Source: Eledone cirrhosa
Lineage: Eukaryota
Length of the DNA: 64,000 nt
Assembly: GCA_964016885.1 (NCBI GenBank)
Contig: OZ024741.1
Coordinates: 362,576,001-362,640,000 of the forward strand
Reading direction: 5' to 3'
Numbering within the stretch: position 1 is the first letter of the stretch; the number at the start of each line of letters is the position of its first letter. The notes under the pieces are model-generated. The model searched no databases. It was not told the origin of the DNA and saw nothing but the letters and a program-made list of their open reading frames with translations. Positions 23,919-37,549 of the stretch are shown in pieces. The position numbers and the translations under genes are program-made.

Positions 23919-23987
23919 ATTATTAATTCCTGTCGCTTATTTAATAGCATATTAATAATATCGTGTAATCATAAACTGAGAAAAACC

Positions 23988-24216
23988 TTTAAATATTATA
24001 AACCTAATTAATATACACTTTAGAAATTAATTTATAAATTATTTTTAATTTAGTTAACCTATAATTAATATTCTACTACTGATGAACTACATAATTCTGC
24101 TTTAAAAATTATAAACCTAATTAATATACACTTTAGAAATTAATATATAAACTATTTTTAATTTAGTTAACCTATAATTAATATTCTACTACTGATGAAC
24201 TACATAATTTTGCTTT
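23988..24216. repeat. ~114-bp tandem duplication, AT-rich
   Basis: TTATAAACCTAATTAATATACAC...CTACTGATGAACTACATAATT repeated twice. Confidence 0.85.
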
Positions 24217-24549
24217 CCTTCTTACAAATATCATTTCCTAAAACTGATACCATTAAGTAAACATATATAATGCTTTAACTTCAGGTTATGACTCTATGTT
24301 CCTTGAAAACTATATATATTTACTATTTCTCACTAATAAATTTAATCCCCCCCCCCAATAATTATATGTATATATAAGTGTATATGTGTGTGTATATATA
24401 TGTGTATGTATGCATATGTGCATGTATATATCTATGTATATATAAATATATATATATATATATGTGTATATATATGTATATATATATATATGTGTGTGTA
24501 TGTGCGTGTGTGTATGTGTATATATATGTATATATATATATATATGTAA

Positions 24550-24613
<64 letters not shown>

Positions 24614-25515
24614 ATATATGTGTGTATGTGTATATATATGTATATATATATGTATAAGTATATATATATATATATATATATTATTTTGATATTTTTATAT
24701 TCTTTTAATTTCCCCTCATCTTTAACAGCACTTTTCAACTGCATCTAACTCTTATTTATCATATCTATATGTATTAGTATAATTTTATCAATATAAATAT
24801 ACCCATCAATTAAATTAATTTATATTCTTTTCATAGATGTATTTTTTTCACTAACATTCTTATCTTAAAACTTTAGTCACCTTAGATATTTGTATTGGCA
24901 TTACTTTTTTATAACAGCAACTGCTTGTATACCTTTTACTGACCACCTGACCTATTTTCACCCCTAAAATAAGCTTCAATTACTACTATTTTACCATTTG
25001 GCCAATTATTAACTTTCTATTGGTTAATTCTAAACCTCTTACCAAACAGACAGAATATATTAGATCTTTGTTGGTTTTATTCAATGAACAAATAAAATTA
25101 TTTCTGAGGTCAGCATAAGACCTATTTCTTCCCTAAAATAATCCTTCATTCATAATATTCTTTTCCATCCAAAACTGAAATCTACCTTCCTCTACCCATA
25201 ATTTAAGGTTCTTCTACTACTATATTACTATCCTGATCCTCACTATCTCTCTATTGGTCAATTCAAAACCTGTTCCCAAACAGACCTATTGTATTGAATC
25301 TTTGTTTTTTTTCAATAAACAAATATCATTATTTCTGAAGACAGCATATATATGTGTACGTATGTATATTCCCTCTGATAGTTTGTATAAATATTGTACA
25401 TAGATCTATAGAATATGCATACCAACTCTAACACATATATATCCTAGAAACGATCGTAAAATGATGAATTTTTTAATATAAGGAACTGTTTCTTTGTTTA
25501 TTCATTATTTTATTA

Positions 25516-25573
<58 letters not shown>

Positions 25574-25781
25574 TAAAACATGTCTATAGAATCACCAGAT
25601 AAAATATATACCATTTCCTCTCCCAATTAGCATAATTAACCAAATAAAAAATCGATTAGACCAAGCTATAAGAATAAAGGCTTCTATGAAGAAATCTCCG
25701 ACAAATAACCGAAAGTATCCATATGTTGATTTAAAACTGCACTATCCACAAGTGTTTTTTAGCCTTCATATCATGTTCTCC

Positions 25782-25852
25782 TGTTTTATCTGATGAAAAC
25801 ACAAATATTATTGCATGATGATGTTTGTTTTTGAAATGCGCATAATAAAATA
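25782..25852 (+). ncRNA. Type I HHR in an ORF-less element (~25572-25980) between microsatellites
   Basis: TGTTTTAT CTGATGA aaacACAAATATTA..TGATGTTTGTtttt GAAA tgcgca TA ATAAAATA; intact core, palindromic TGCGCA. Confidence 0.85.
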
Positions 25853-25975
25853 CATGGAACTCCTTTAACCATCTTTTGATCTTATATATTATGTATACTC
25901 CAGTCCTACAAATTGTAGAGTGCTTCTTATCCGATATCTGCATTGCTTTATTGTACTACAATAAAACTCACCTCC

Positions 25976-26117
<142 letters not shown>

Positions 26118-26479
26118 TAGATATATCAAGATAGAACCAGTTCAAAACTAGTTAGACCAGCCGTCGTGTCCCAGTTCTTTATGTGACTTGTTCACTTGTT
26201 CACTGAACAAAAGAAACCAAAATAAATTTTTCGGAACGAAAATATATTTTTTTATTTTATATCCCGGCACCCATTTGTTTATTGTATATAAACATATATT
26301 ATATGTTTTTATATACACACACACGCACATACATACATACATACATACATACATACATACATACATACATACATACATACATACATACATACATACATAC
26401 ATACATAATACAAGCCTGCACTTATTGAACCATATTATGTTGCAACAAACAATATTTATAGCCTTCAGTAGCCGCCCAC

Positions 26480-27008
26480 CTTAAATAAATCTGTATGGTT
26501 TCGTACCGTTCCATATAATCCCAATTACCTTTAATGCCGTCTTAGTACGACAACCAAATAATTATAACTATATGCAAATGAGCATTTCCAGCCAATGTTT
26601 TCTATTTGCTATATGCAAATGAAGATTTCAAGCAAATGTTTATCACGTAAAATCTATATAAATTTTAATCTATTTCCATGTCAGTATCGTTTAAGGGAAT
26701 GTCACTGATGATAGATTAACGAATATTGAAACAGCGCTGTCTGGTATTCTCGACTGCAAGTGACACTCTGTTGACCCTGAAATGGAATGAAACAAGTTTC
26801 GCATAAATCGGACCACGGGTTCCCCAGATATAGGGATTTTCCGGGTACCTTCATAAACAGAGAGAGAGAGAGAGGGAGAGAGAAAGAAGGAAAATGGAAG
26901 CGAGAGAGCTGGTGGTGTTGTTGTGTGTATATATGTGTGAGTGTGTGTGTGTATATATATATGTGTGTGTGTGTCTACGACCAGTGTATATAGATCACAG
27001 ACACCTAC

Positions 27009-27039
<31 letters not shown>

Positions 27040-27226
27040 TATACATATATGTGTATACAAACGCATATATACATACACACACGTATATATATGGGCCTTC
27101 CACTTTCATTTCACATTATATACATGTCTGTGTATATTTTAATTATTTAAAAATTATTTTTAAGTGAACATGATTTTTTAAAATATTTTGAAGTGAACGT
27201 GACCCTATGGGTCACGGGTAGTCTAG
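26480..27226 (+). mobile_element. Helitron-like non-autonomous element (family H3)
   Basis: 3' hairpin GTGACCCtatGGGTCAC then CTAG at 27223-27226; AAGTTTCGCATAAATCGG core shared with 36250-37719; 5' end approximate. Confidence 0.65.
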
Positions 27227-27227
27227 T

Positions 27228-27383
27228 CAGGGCCGTCTTAACGCATGGGCACGCTGGGCAGTTGCCCGGGGGCCCCACGAGGATAGTGGGCCCATTTATA
27301 ATATTATTCCTGTGAGTGGTAGGAGTCCCAGTGCTCTGCTTTGCCCGGGGGTGGGGGGCTATAATGCTGTTAAGACGTCCCTG
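27228..27383. mobile_element. hAT (Tip100-like) MITE with 8-bp TSD
   Basis: TIR CAGGGCCGTCTTAAC / GTTAAGACGTCCCTG; TSD AGTCTAGT at 27220-27227 and 27384-27391. Confidence 0.92.
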
Positions 27384-28460
27384 AGTCTAGTGTGTATATA
27401 AATACGGAATTTCACTTTCTTTTTTCAGAAATCAGTATAACTTTAGATTCATATGTCCGTGGAAGGTTCCTTTCCCTCATCTTGCGGACCCAACGTTGAC
27501 TCCAAACAGTTATTACTCTGTTCTTTTTCTCTGTGTATATTTCTATTTCACGAAGAAATTGTACTTTGTTCTTCGTCTCTCTCTCCGGTTCATTAACTGT
27601 ATAAATTTATTCTTTACTTTCGCTTTAGAAAGTTAATTTCATTTTCTGAGAAAAGAGCTCGCATAAAATAATTTACTCTGCAGTGTTACAGCATCTTTAA
27701 TTTCTGGCGAGTGTGGAAAAGTATTAGTTAACTGGGTTTAAATACTTCAAAAGCTAATGCCGTCTCCGTGACTTAGCAAAAAAATATATGGGGCAAGTGT
27801 TAAAACAAATTATTTTGAGGTCAATTGAAAAGTCAGTCACCTTCCACAAATCTCAATATTTACATGGCAAAGACGGTGATAAAATTCCTCCGAGACATTA
27901 TTCTCCCTGATATAATGAATGATACTCATCCTTAATGATATTCAATCATGTCTCTTTTAGTAGTCATTCCATAGATTTTTAATTGTATTCGTAATTGACT
28001 TTTGTATCTTTTCGTTCGAGATGCAATCAGACTGTGGGTGTTAGCTATCCATCAATATAGACGTTCCTCCACCACCTGAAGTATTCACAGGCCAGTTTGA
28101 AGGTCCAGGCCGCCGCAGCTGACAAAGGAGATCCGCATCCTTCTCGCAAATGACAGAAAAGCCAACCGGATTCGTGGGGTCAGCGTTCCAAAAGTCAGTA
28201 TAAATCTGGGGACAGAACACTGGTTGCATTTTAGAAAACCATTGCACACTGTGTAAACAATGTTCAGTAATTGTATCACAGGATCAAGCTTTCTTATCAT
28301 TGAGCCTTCTGTTTATCAGAACTTGTCTTTATCATGAATTGTTGGACCTTGTGAGTATCGAGCCTCATGACCGACGAAATTTTGATTAAAGAGCCTTCGG
28401 AGTAAGACACAAGCTTATATACAGACACGGCAGATACGGACATACACACAATGACACTTG

Positions 28461-28548
<88 letters not shown>

Positions 28549-29199
28549 CGTGTGTGTGCATATATGCACAAATGTACATATATAGATATTTATTGCACCT
28601 AATTATGATGCCAGGAAGGAAGAAAATAGGGAAGGAGAGAAAGAAAAAAGAGAAACGGGGAAAAAAGTAAAAGGCGATGTCGGATGGATATAGAAAGGGT
28701 CATAAAATCTGGTTTCGGGGCAAAAGGTTAGATATTGGTTAAGAGTTGATAGCAAATAGGAAAGGCGGAAGGTAAGATAGTTAGAGGCCCACCTCTAACT
28801 ATCTTACGTTCGGACGTCACACCAGGTGCATACATGAACCGATGCGCACAAACAGGAATTTAGAATTTAAAATTTACGCAAAATAAAATAAAATTAATAA
28901 TTTAATTTTCTTAAAATAATTAATAATGTAATTTACTTAAAATTTAAAGAAATAAAAAAGAAACTAAAATCTAAGAAAGGACGGACGAAGATGTTGTATA
29001 ACATCGGTGAGAGATATGTGGGAGCAAATGAGTACTAACGTATGAAAATAATTAGGGAGAAGGAGCAGGGAGTTCGGGATTGAAGGGACTCGGCGAAATA
29101 TAGAGTGGCGGGAATGGTAGGCAAATTCGTTTATTTCCTCTTGGGCAAACTCAGGTACTGGGACGTCGGTTGTCGGTGTTGAGGTGGTATAGTTATCTT

Positions 29200-29500
29200 T
29201 TGAGGTCGTATGTAGGTTTGAAGCAGAGGTACGATTTTGGGATCTGATGTCTGCATTTGGTAACTAGTTCCAATGTTTTGTTGGTGAGTGGACCTTTTTC
29301 AAATACAATGCAAAGTGCTTCGGCTGAGCACAAATAACAGGGTCCACCTCTTCCTTGTTAGGCTGGCCCTATGTGATGATGCTCCAGCTAAAGTTCGAAG
29401 TGATTCCTTTTTTCACGTAGACTCCAGACAAAACTAGAGAGGCTTGTGGTATGTTTCTTGTTCTGATGTGCGCTCTTAGTTTCCCATTTACTGGGTAAAG
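29200..29500 (-). mobile_element. Penelope-like GIY-YIG C-terminal remnant (3' flank probably extends to ~28620)
   Basis: Minus translation HTTSLSSFVWSLRE...CYLCSAE...TNKTLELVTKCRH. Confidence 0.75.
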
Positions 29501-31422
29501 TAAAATTCCCTACCTGAGAGACCTAGCCACTAACAATCAAGCAATATGCATGGCACTAACTGAAGCGCACCTGACAACTAATATAACAAGATGCGGAAAT
29601 ACACATACCAAAGTATGCTGTATTTCGTACTGACAGGAGAGACTAAACTTATGGTGGAGTTGCTCTGTACACCCGCGAAGATGTCATACCCATTGTACTG
29701 TTGACACATTCCAACTCAGTCTGTGACACACGAATAGTACATGTAAAGCAACTCAAAATGCCCCTAGTCATGAAGGTAAGTTTGAAGATAGCCTCAGAAA
29801 GATGGAAGAAGTCCTTAACAAACTGGATTAGTCTCTACGTGTTGCTTCTGGGAGACTTTAACCTTTCCAAGGTCAAATAGCATGAAGGCCACCTCCTCCC
29901 AGTAATGACAGCACTCGCACAGAGACAGACAGAAACCCTGCTGGACCTCACAAACAGGCTGTTCGTGGAACAAGCAGTACTTCACCCAACAAGAGGTGAA
30001 AATGTCCTGGATTTCAGCTTTACAAATAACACGGTGCTCATCCACAATGTAAAGGTGACACTAACGATATTCTCAGATCATAACTAATGATATATGGTCC
30101 AAAGGTGTCAGTAGAGACGCAACAATTAGGAAGCACTGGGAATTTATCCAGCCTAAACTTTCACAGGACTAACTGGAAAAGGATCCAGGAAGAGATCCTG
30201 AAGCAAAACTGGAGCGACATCTCCACACAAGACATCAACGCGCAATTTCAACATTTGATGACAACGATACAAAACATATGCCATAAATTTGTCCCAGGAA
30301 AAAAAAAGGCCAACAGACACACACATTTTACTCACAGAGACAGGAAAATCCTTATGAGACGAAGAATAAAGATTTCAAACCTGTTAAATTCACAACAAAA
30401 GAACAAGAAGGAACCCTATCTGAAACAGGCACTGCTTGAAATTGAAACTGCACTCAAACGTTCTCGTGTGAAGGAGAGGGCAGAGAGAGAAGCCAGAGCC
30501 ATAGAAAATATCAGAACAAACCCCAAGGCCTTATTTAAATTTGCAAAAGAGACTGCCTCGGTACTCTGCAAGATTGGGCCACTTTTCCATTAAAATGGCT
30601 CGTTGACTGAGGATCCTTAAGGAATCAGTGAGATACTGAATGAACAGTATAAAAGTGTTTTCACACCCCCATTGAGGCTCATGCAAATAACAAAGCCAGG
30701 GGAATTCTTTGATGTCACAGCACTACACGGAGATATAGCGGCCATTATCCACATAGATATAACGGAGGAAGATGTAATATCAGTCATAGAATAAATGAGA
30801 GCAAACTCAGCTGCTGGACCTGATGGATACCCAGCAATCCTCCTAAACACCTTAGCAAGACCACTGAAGATCTACTTCAGAAGTTCTCTGTCTAGCAATA
30901 AACTACCTAGAGAACTAAAAGAAGGCATAATATGCCCTATCCATAAAGGAAGAAGCCGAACAGAGGCTAAAAACTACAGGCTAGTCTCCCTGACCTAACA
31001 TGTCAGTAAAGTCATGGAACGAATCATCAGAAAAAAACTGATCACGTTCCTAAAGGAAAATAACCGCCTAACACTCAGCATGGCTTTCGCCCGGAAAGAA
31101 GCTGTCTTACACAGCTTTTACACTACGACTGGGTACTGAAAAAGCTGTTAGACCACTCAAATGTGGATGTGATATATCTTGAGTTTGCGAAGACCTTTGA
31201 CAAGGACGACCATGGAATGATATGTCACAAACTACACAGATTCGGCATAGTTGGAAAATTAGGTGAGTGGCTGCATGTCCTCTTAAAAGACAGAAGCCAG
31301 AGTGTTGCAACCAACGGGACCCTTTCAAAAGAAACATTAATAACAAGCGAGGTTCCCCAGGGCACAGTCTTGAGACCACTACTGTTTTTGGTGGCTCTTT
31401 CAGACATGCCCTCTGTAGTGCA
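29500..31422 (+). mobile_element. CR1/Jockey-group LINE (APE + RT), decayed
   Basis: GGVALY, LLGDFN, HPTRGENVLD, FSDHN, AAGPDGYP, PIHKG..NYRLVSLT, QHGFR, YLEFAKTFDK, VPQGTVLRPLLF. Confidence 0.9.
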
Positions 31423-32490
31423 TAAAGTCGACTTTCTGGTCAAGTTGGTGATGTTTAGGCCGAACTCTTTGAAGATCCTTATAAGATCTATTCTGAACTT
31501 ATATACTGTACGGGGTGTCCTCCTTATATACTACTATTTTTCTGTAAAGCCACCTCTCGCTAATGCCTCGTTGTAATGGGGGTGCAGCCCTGTCGAAGAT
31601 CTGTTTCTCGGGGGATAAGCTAGATATTCTTCTACTAAACCCGTTTACAAGGTTCCTATCTATAGCTGGGGTTTAGAGTTTTTTTCTGTATATAAACCAT
31701 CTCCTCATTTGGCTTTCTATATGAGTAGTATTTGTCACTTTTGAGATCCTGAGTTATGTCCAGAAAGTTGACTTTCTGGTCAAGTTGGTGATGACTGATG
31801 TTTAGGCTGAACTCTTTGGAGATCTTTATAAGATCTATTCTGACCTTATCCATGTCGTGGCCCTTCATACTATTTGAGATTGTCAGGCCATCGTCTATAG
31901 ACAGGGCTAAGCTATGAGGATGCATTCTTTTCCAGGAGGGTATCGAAGATTAATAAACCGATGAGGTCAGTGACCTCAGCCCCGTTGTAGGTTCCTTTTT
32001 TTTTTTTTCTTTACCCAGTGTGAGGTGTCGTGGAACAGTAGTTACTTCCTAGTGTTCAGAATTATTCTGATATCGAGGTTGTTGATCAAAATGAATTATT
32101 TCCCGGAATCTAGGATTTTGAGTAGGAGGGGTTTCGATATTGATGGATACAAATCCACCATCTCGAACTGAGTAAATTTTTTCTCATTGTTACGAATCCA
32201 GCTGATGGCAGCGTTGCTGGAGCTACATCGGACAATGCCAGTCGTCCTTCTAATTTTATGTTGATAAAGCGTTTACTAATTCTGCCAATTATACTTTTGA
32301 GGGTGGGAGATAATCAGCCTGCACTTAGAAAATTTGGTTCGTGATCCTTAGAGGGTGACGTAGATGGGGGTCTGGCGAGACAGTCCACGCAGTCTTTTAC
32401 TTTTAAGAGAGTGTCTGGCTCCTTCGCTTCGATGTTTATCATCGCGTGTTTTTACATTTGACTTTTTTGTGTGTTATTAATGGTGTTAGT
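31423..32490 (-). mobile_element. Penelope-like RT fragment with internal duplication
   Basis: GTYNGAEVTDLIG, (YR)DDGL, VNFLDI, YRKPN; 31423-31500 duplicates 31763-31850. Confidence 0.8.
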
Positions 32491-32538
32491 CACTTAGTCA
32501 TGAGCTGACAGTGTATATGTGTATGTGACACACACACG

Positions 32539-32582
<44 letters not shown>

Positions 32583-32714
32583 CATATATATATGTATATA
32601 TATATACATATATATATGTATATATATATACATATATATATGTATATATATATACATATATATATGTATATATATATACATATATATATGTATATATATA
32701 TACATATATATATG

Positions 32715-32760
<46 letters not shown>

Positions 32761-32762
32761 CA

Positions 32763-32843
<81 letters not shown>

Positions 32844-32975
32844 AATGTAATCTGAGCTTTTCGAATATTAATAATAATATTCGATTCGTTTGCAATTATG
32901 CAAACAGGCCTTATTTTTAAAGCCTTGTCAGTAGAATGAGCCCCTCGTTCTTGCTCTTGTGTTGGCATGTAAACA

Positions 32976-33025
32976 GAACCGCAGACACTAATGTTTCTGG
33001 GTATTACCCTTCATCAGTACAGTTC
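32976..33025 (-). ncRNA. Type I HHR (family P4)
   Basis: Minus GAACTGTA CTGATGA aGGGT aat ACCCa GAAA cattagtg TC TGCGGTTC; 8-bp stem I. Confidence 0.8.
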
Positions 33026-33084
33026 ACTGTTCACCTGCCAACTGTCAGAGCTAGTGAAAACATGATATTTTCTAAAATATACAG

Positions 33085-34862
33085 TGTCTGATCGGCCTGA
33101 TTTGCATATTGGCAGATTGGCTGATCAGTCAGATCTGCATATTAGCAGATCCACTGATCAGCCAGATTTGCATATCAGCAGACTGGCCAGTCAGTTTCCT
33201 GTATACGAGCGATCAATGGCCGGCCTATATATATCCTAAACGGACGGTAGTCCGTTTAGTAATATTGTTGTGGTCATGTTTTCGTTGGCAATCGTCTGTT
33301 TACGACAGTACAGCGCGGCTCTACTTTATTTAACTGAGATAAAACTTATATGAGCATGAACAGTAGATCATTATGCATCTTTTGGCTTAAAAATCTAGAA
33401 ATTTGGTCCAGCGGGAAAAAGTTTATAATCAAAGTTTGCTGATAAATCTTGTGTTCAAGTGAGTAAGTAGTAAGCGTGACGCTAGGGGAGGTAATCCAGA
33501 AATGACGTAGCTTTGTCATTAAGCCAGTTGCCTCAACTAGATTGCAATTATACTCAAAAGAACTTTAAAATGTCAATCACTTGTCAGTAATTCACTATGA
33601 TCATTTAATTATTAGATAGTTGTTGCTTGCATTGCCTTAAAAAATAATAGACCAGATATAAAAATGCGTACAGCAAAAAAAAGTAATATTGTTGGAATAT
33701 AAACCTTTAAAAATACAGGACAAGAAACTAAAATAAAACTTTAAAAGAATAGGACAAGAAACTAAGATAAAACTTTAAAAGAATAGGACAAGAAACTAAG
33801 ATAAAACTTTAAAGAATTGGACAAGAAATTAAAAATTTTACAATAATATTAGTGGCAACATATTTTTATTCGTTTCCTGTGCTATGCCCCAGTATCTTCT
33901 TGATTAGTGCATAATAATTGTCATGCTCTCATTGTGCGTTGCCCCTGAGCGGTTGGTTCTGGTTGGGGTTGGTTGGCTGAGCAGTTCTGCTCCGTCAGAA
34001 TGACCAATGCAAGCAGAATTGGCCGATGCAGCTGAAGGTCTCCTCCAAGAATGCCCTTCTGGTCCCGCAACACCAGACGAAGATGGAGAAGATGACCGGG
34101 ACAAGATGTCGAGTCTGACCACCGACTACGGCACCTCCCTCAACCACCGGTCCTCCCTCCCTCTGTCCCGTCATCCCTCCAATCCTCCTGCTCCGCCTTC
34201 CTGTACCAGAAAGCTGTGGCACGCATTCATCTGGACTGCCGGACTTGAATTCAAGGACAAGATGCAAGGAGAAGATGGACGGGTTGGTCAAGATCAAGGA
34301 TGAGCAGGACGACAAGACCGTCCGCTGCTGCTCAAGATCTGTGCTCATGGGCCCATGGGTCCATTCACATTATGCATGACACATGAGGCGTGTCGCCGAG
34401 TGATGAAATAGGAGTATGGTTATGGCCCAATAGGTGTTCAAACCAGGATCAAATTATCCCCCCGGTCTGACGACGACCTCTGAATGTGGAACCCAGAGCC
34501 TATGAATGTGGAACTCGATTTTTTACCAATAAAAATTTTGCCACTAATATTATTGTAAAATTTTTTATTTCTTGTCCAATTCTTTAAAGTTTTATCTTAG
34601 TTTCTTGTCCTATTCTTTTAAAGTTTTATTTTAGTTTCTTGTCCTGTATTTTTAAAGGGTTATATTCCAACAATATTACTTTTTTTTGCTGTACGCATTT
34701 TTATATCTGGTATATATGTCTGATCGGCCTGATTTGCATATTAGCAGATTGGCTGATCAGTCAGATCTGCATATTAGCAGATCCACTGATCAGCCAGATT
34801 TGCATATCAGCAGACTGGCCAGTTAATTTCCTGTATACGAGCGATCAATGGCCGGCCTATAT
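33085..34862. repeat. Composite element: ~145-bp terminal direct repeats enclosing ~200-bp inverted repeats
   Basis: DR 33085-33232 / 34717-34862; IR 33651-33870 / 34528-34711 containing 34-bp subrepeats; GC-richer core 33900-34500. Confidence 0.85.
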
Positions 34863-34951
34863 ATATATGTGTATGTATAATGATATCCAAGGAAAATTCA
34901 ACTGATAAGGTATGTTCCTTGGCTATGTCAAAATTTATAAAACACACTTTG

Positions 34952-35013
34952 TATTTTATCTGATGAAAGCGTACCAAAGTTTTTGGTACCCTTGAAATAT
35001 ATATAATAGAATA
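34952..35013 (+). ncRNA. Type I HHR (P1) in an ORF-less element ~34870-35150
   Basis: TATTTTAT CTGATGA AAGcGTACCAAA gtt TTTGGTACcCTT GAAA tatata TA ATAGAATA. Confidence 0.85.
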
Positions 35014-35448
35014 AATATGGTTTTATAAATATAGTTTCCATTTTTTTAATATCATTGAATATTTACTCCAGAAATCTGTCGAGTGCTATGAATCAGTTAT
35101 AAGCATTTATATTTGTTGAATTTCCAACAAATTAAATATCCCTTCTGCTTATATGTATGTATATATAGCTGATAAATAAAACAACAAACACATGGATGCA
35201 AAAATACAAAGCTTTATTAGGTTCACGCTTATATATATATAATTTTTTTATTTGTTTTATTTGTTTATTTTTTTATTTATTTGACCGTTTCTATGGTTGT
35301 GCGGATAATGGTTTAACCATCGTCTCAGTATGTTTGGCCTTTTAACGTATGCTGTAGCTCTGGTTCGTTAGAATCTATTGAGCGCTTGCCACACATCTCG
35401 GAAGTTGTTTTTCGCTAATTTCCAATAGCCGAAATACGATTCTCGCTA

Positions 35449-35530
<82 letters not shown>

Positions 35531-36321
35531 ATATATGAGGGTGGGTCGAAATAACAGAATTGAAATCAACAAAAAACCTTTAGTTGCAATGCAAGAAAAA
35601 ATACAATAATAAAATTATCTAGATGGCCATGGTTGATGACTCAAGCTCGAAAACGGATCAATGGACCAAGAGCTCGGTTTTCGAATTTAGCCAGAATGTC
35701 TTTCACACTACTTCCCTTTCAGAGAATCTGTTACAAAGCAATGAATGAAATGAAATTACAAAGATTGTCTTAATAAAAAACTGACACCCTAATCATAGTG
35801 TTGTATATAACGTGCAAGCACAGGCCATCAGATTGCCTGTATCTGTTACTGGGTAGCAAACCTAATTTGTCAATAAATTTAACTTTAGCACCACCAGATT
35901 TTGGGTGACTTTAGCTGAGACCAGTCTGCTGCAATTATCTAGACCAGCCCACTCGTATGTGAATATTCCACGTGTTTCTTCTTTCATTTCACTCATCAAA
36001 TTCAGAGTCCCTGCAAAACGGAGATAAATTCTACTTCTCTTGTTGGACTATGCCATTAAACCATTTTATAGTGAACCATCTGAAACAGTCCTTGGTTACA
36101 CGATACAAAACAGTTTTTAAGTATTTATTTACCTATCTATATACTACTAAAACTCTGTGGTTGCTTGTCTGTAATGTTATACAGCCAAAACGGCGCATAA
36201 TGGGAAAATACTTTGAAAGGAAGTTGCCCCTGAAATTGGAATACAAATGGAATAAAACAAGTTTCGCGTAAATCAGAGCACGGGTTCCCGAGATACGAGG
36301 TTTTACCGGGTACCTTCATAA

Positions 36322-36352
<31 letters not shown>

Positions 36353-36542
36353 TGGTGGTGTTGTTGAATGCATTTATAACAAGTGACTCCAAAGAATTGA
36401 ATACAGCATTACTCTATCTATTTGTGTAGCGAATATTTCTTGCTAAATAGGAAGGGTTTTTAAGTGTGTGTGTGTATGTATATATATATGTGTGTGTGTG
36501 TGACCAGTGTATATAGGCCAGACACTCATATATATATATATA

Positions 36543-37549
36543 TATAGTGGTAGAACACTGGAAGGTAATATCCGTAGTGGTAGAGCACTCAGTCCATGGG
36601 ACGAGTTAGGTAGAAGTGGTTACACAACAGTTAGTTCACCATACCGAGAACAATTGTTTCACCTTAGCGGATCCTCAGCTCGTAATGGGCATGGTTATAC
36701 GGAACAGGAAGGACAACCGTACGAACGCGCATGCGCAGAAACCGGTCACTTCACACTGGCAATGCTAAAATGCGTGCGAGAGGTGTAAGGCAGCTAACTG
36801 CGAAAGTCCGAAAAGTTTTTAGTTGATAAGAAAAAATATTGATGTTATGACAATAATTCATTCAATCCGGAGCTTTGTAGTTATGCAATAGGTGTTTCGA
36901 GACGTGTGGACAACGTGTGAAAAATTCATTTCTCGTGTTTAGGCAATCACTATTGCATAATCTCTTTATTCGTTCGTCAATACACAGTCCACACGACGGA
37001 TTTCCCCTTGCGTATGGCTTGGACTTAGTGATGGCTTTCCATTGAATGGAGTAATCTATACTTGAGTCCATGATGGACCATTCCTGGCTCGCGAGTTTCG
37101 TGGATGAACGTCTGTCCGGGTACCTAAAGGTCGACTGGTGGTTCAGGAAACGTTCCTTAAATCGGCCCTCCGCCATGCCCACATAGTATTTGACCTCCTG
37201 TGGTTGGTTCGGTCGGTTGGAAGTAACCACAGCTTCATAAATTACAGCTGGTGTGTTGCATTTCTGAAGGGGGCAAGCTTCGGGCTTACGGCAAGAGCAC
37301 CCTGGTGGGGTGTTGCTCCTAGGGCTGCTGGTGATGTGGGCCTTCATGTTCTTAGCGCAGGAGTGTCCTAGTTTTACTTTGTGTCGGTTAAAGATGGAGC
37401 GGTATTTATGACCTATGGGAAAGTGTCTATCTAAGAGGGCTAGAAATGTTTTGCCTACATTGGTTTTAACGTTGTGTAACCACTTCTACCTAACTCGTCC
37501 TTTGGACTGAGTACTCTACCACTACGGATATTATCTTCCAGTGTTCCAC

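Noticed and set aside
24075-24215. CTGATGA in both units of the 114-bp tandem as HHRs
   Set aside because: No stem II or GAAA/UH box follows
24940-25350. Diverged ~100-bp repeats about 234 bp apart
   Set aside because: Probably an old tandem duplication in an unidentified repeat; no motif recognised
26570-26625. Paired ATGCAAAT octamers as an snRNA promoter
   Set aside because: Lie in a short duplication within a Helitron-like repeat; no snRNA gene seen downstream
35283-35335. Minus-strand CTGAGACGATGGTT..AACCATA GAAA CGG TC as an HHR
   Set aside because: Core is disrupted and no stem I pairs; at best a very decayed remnant
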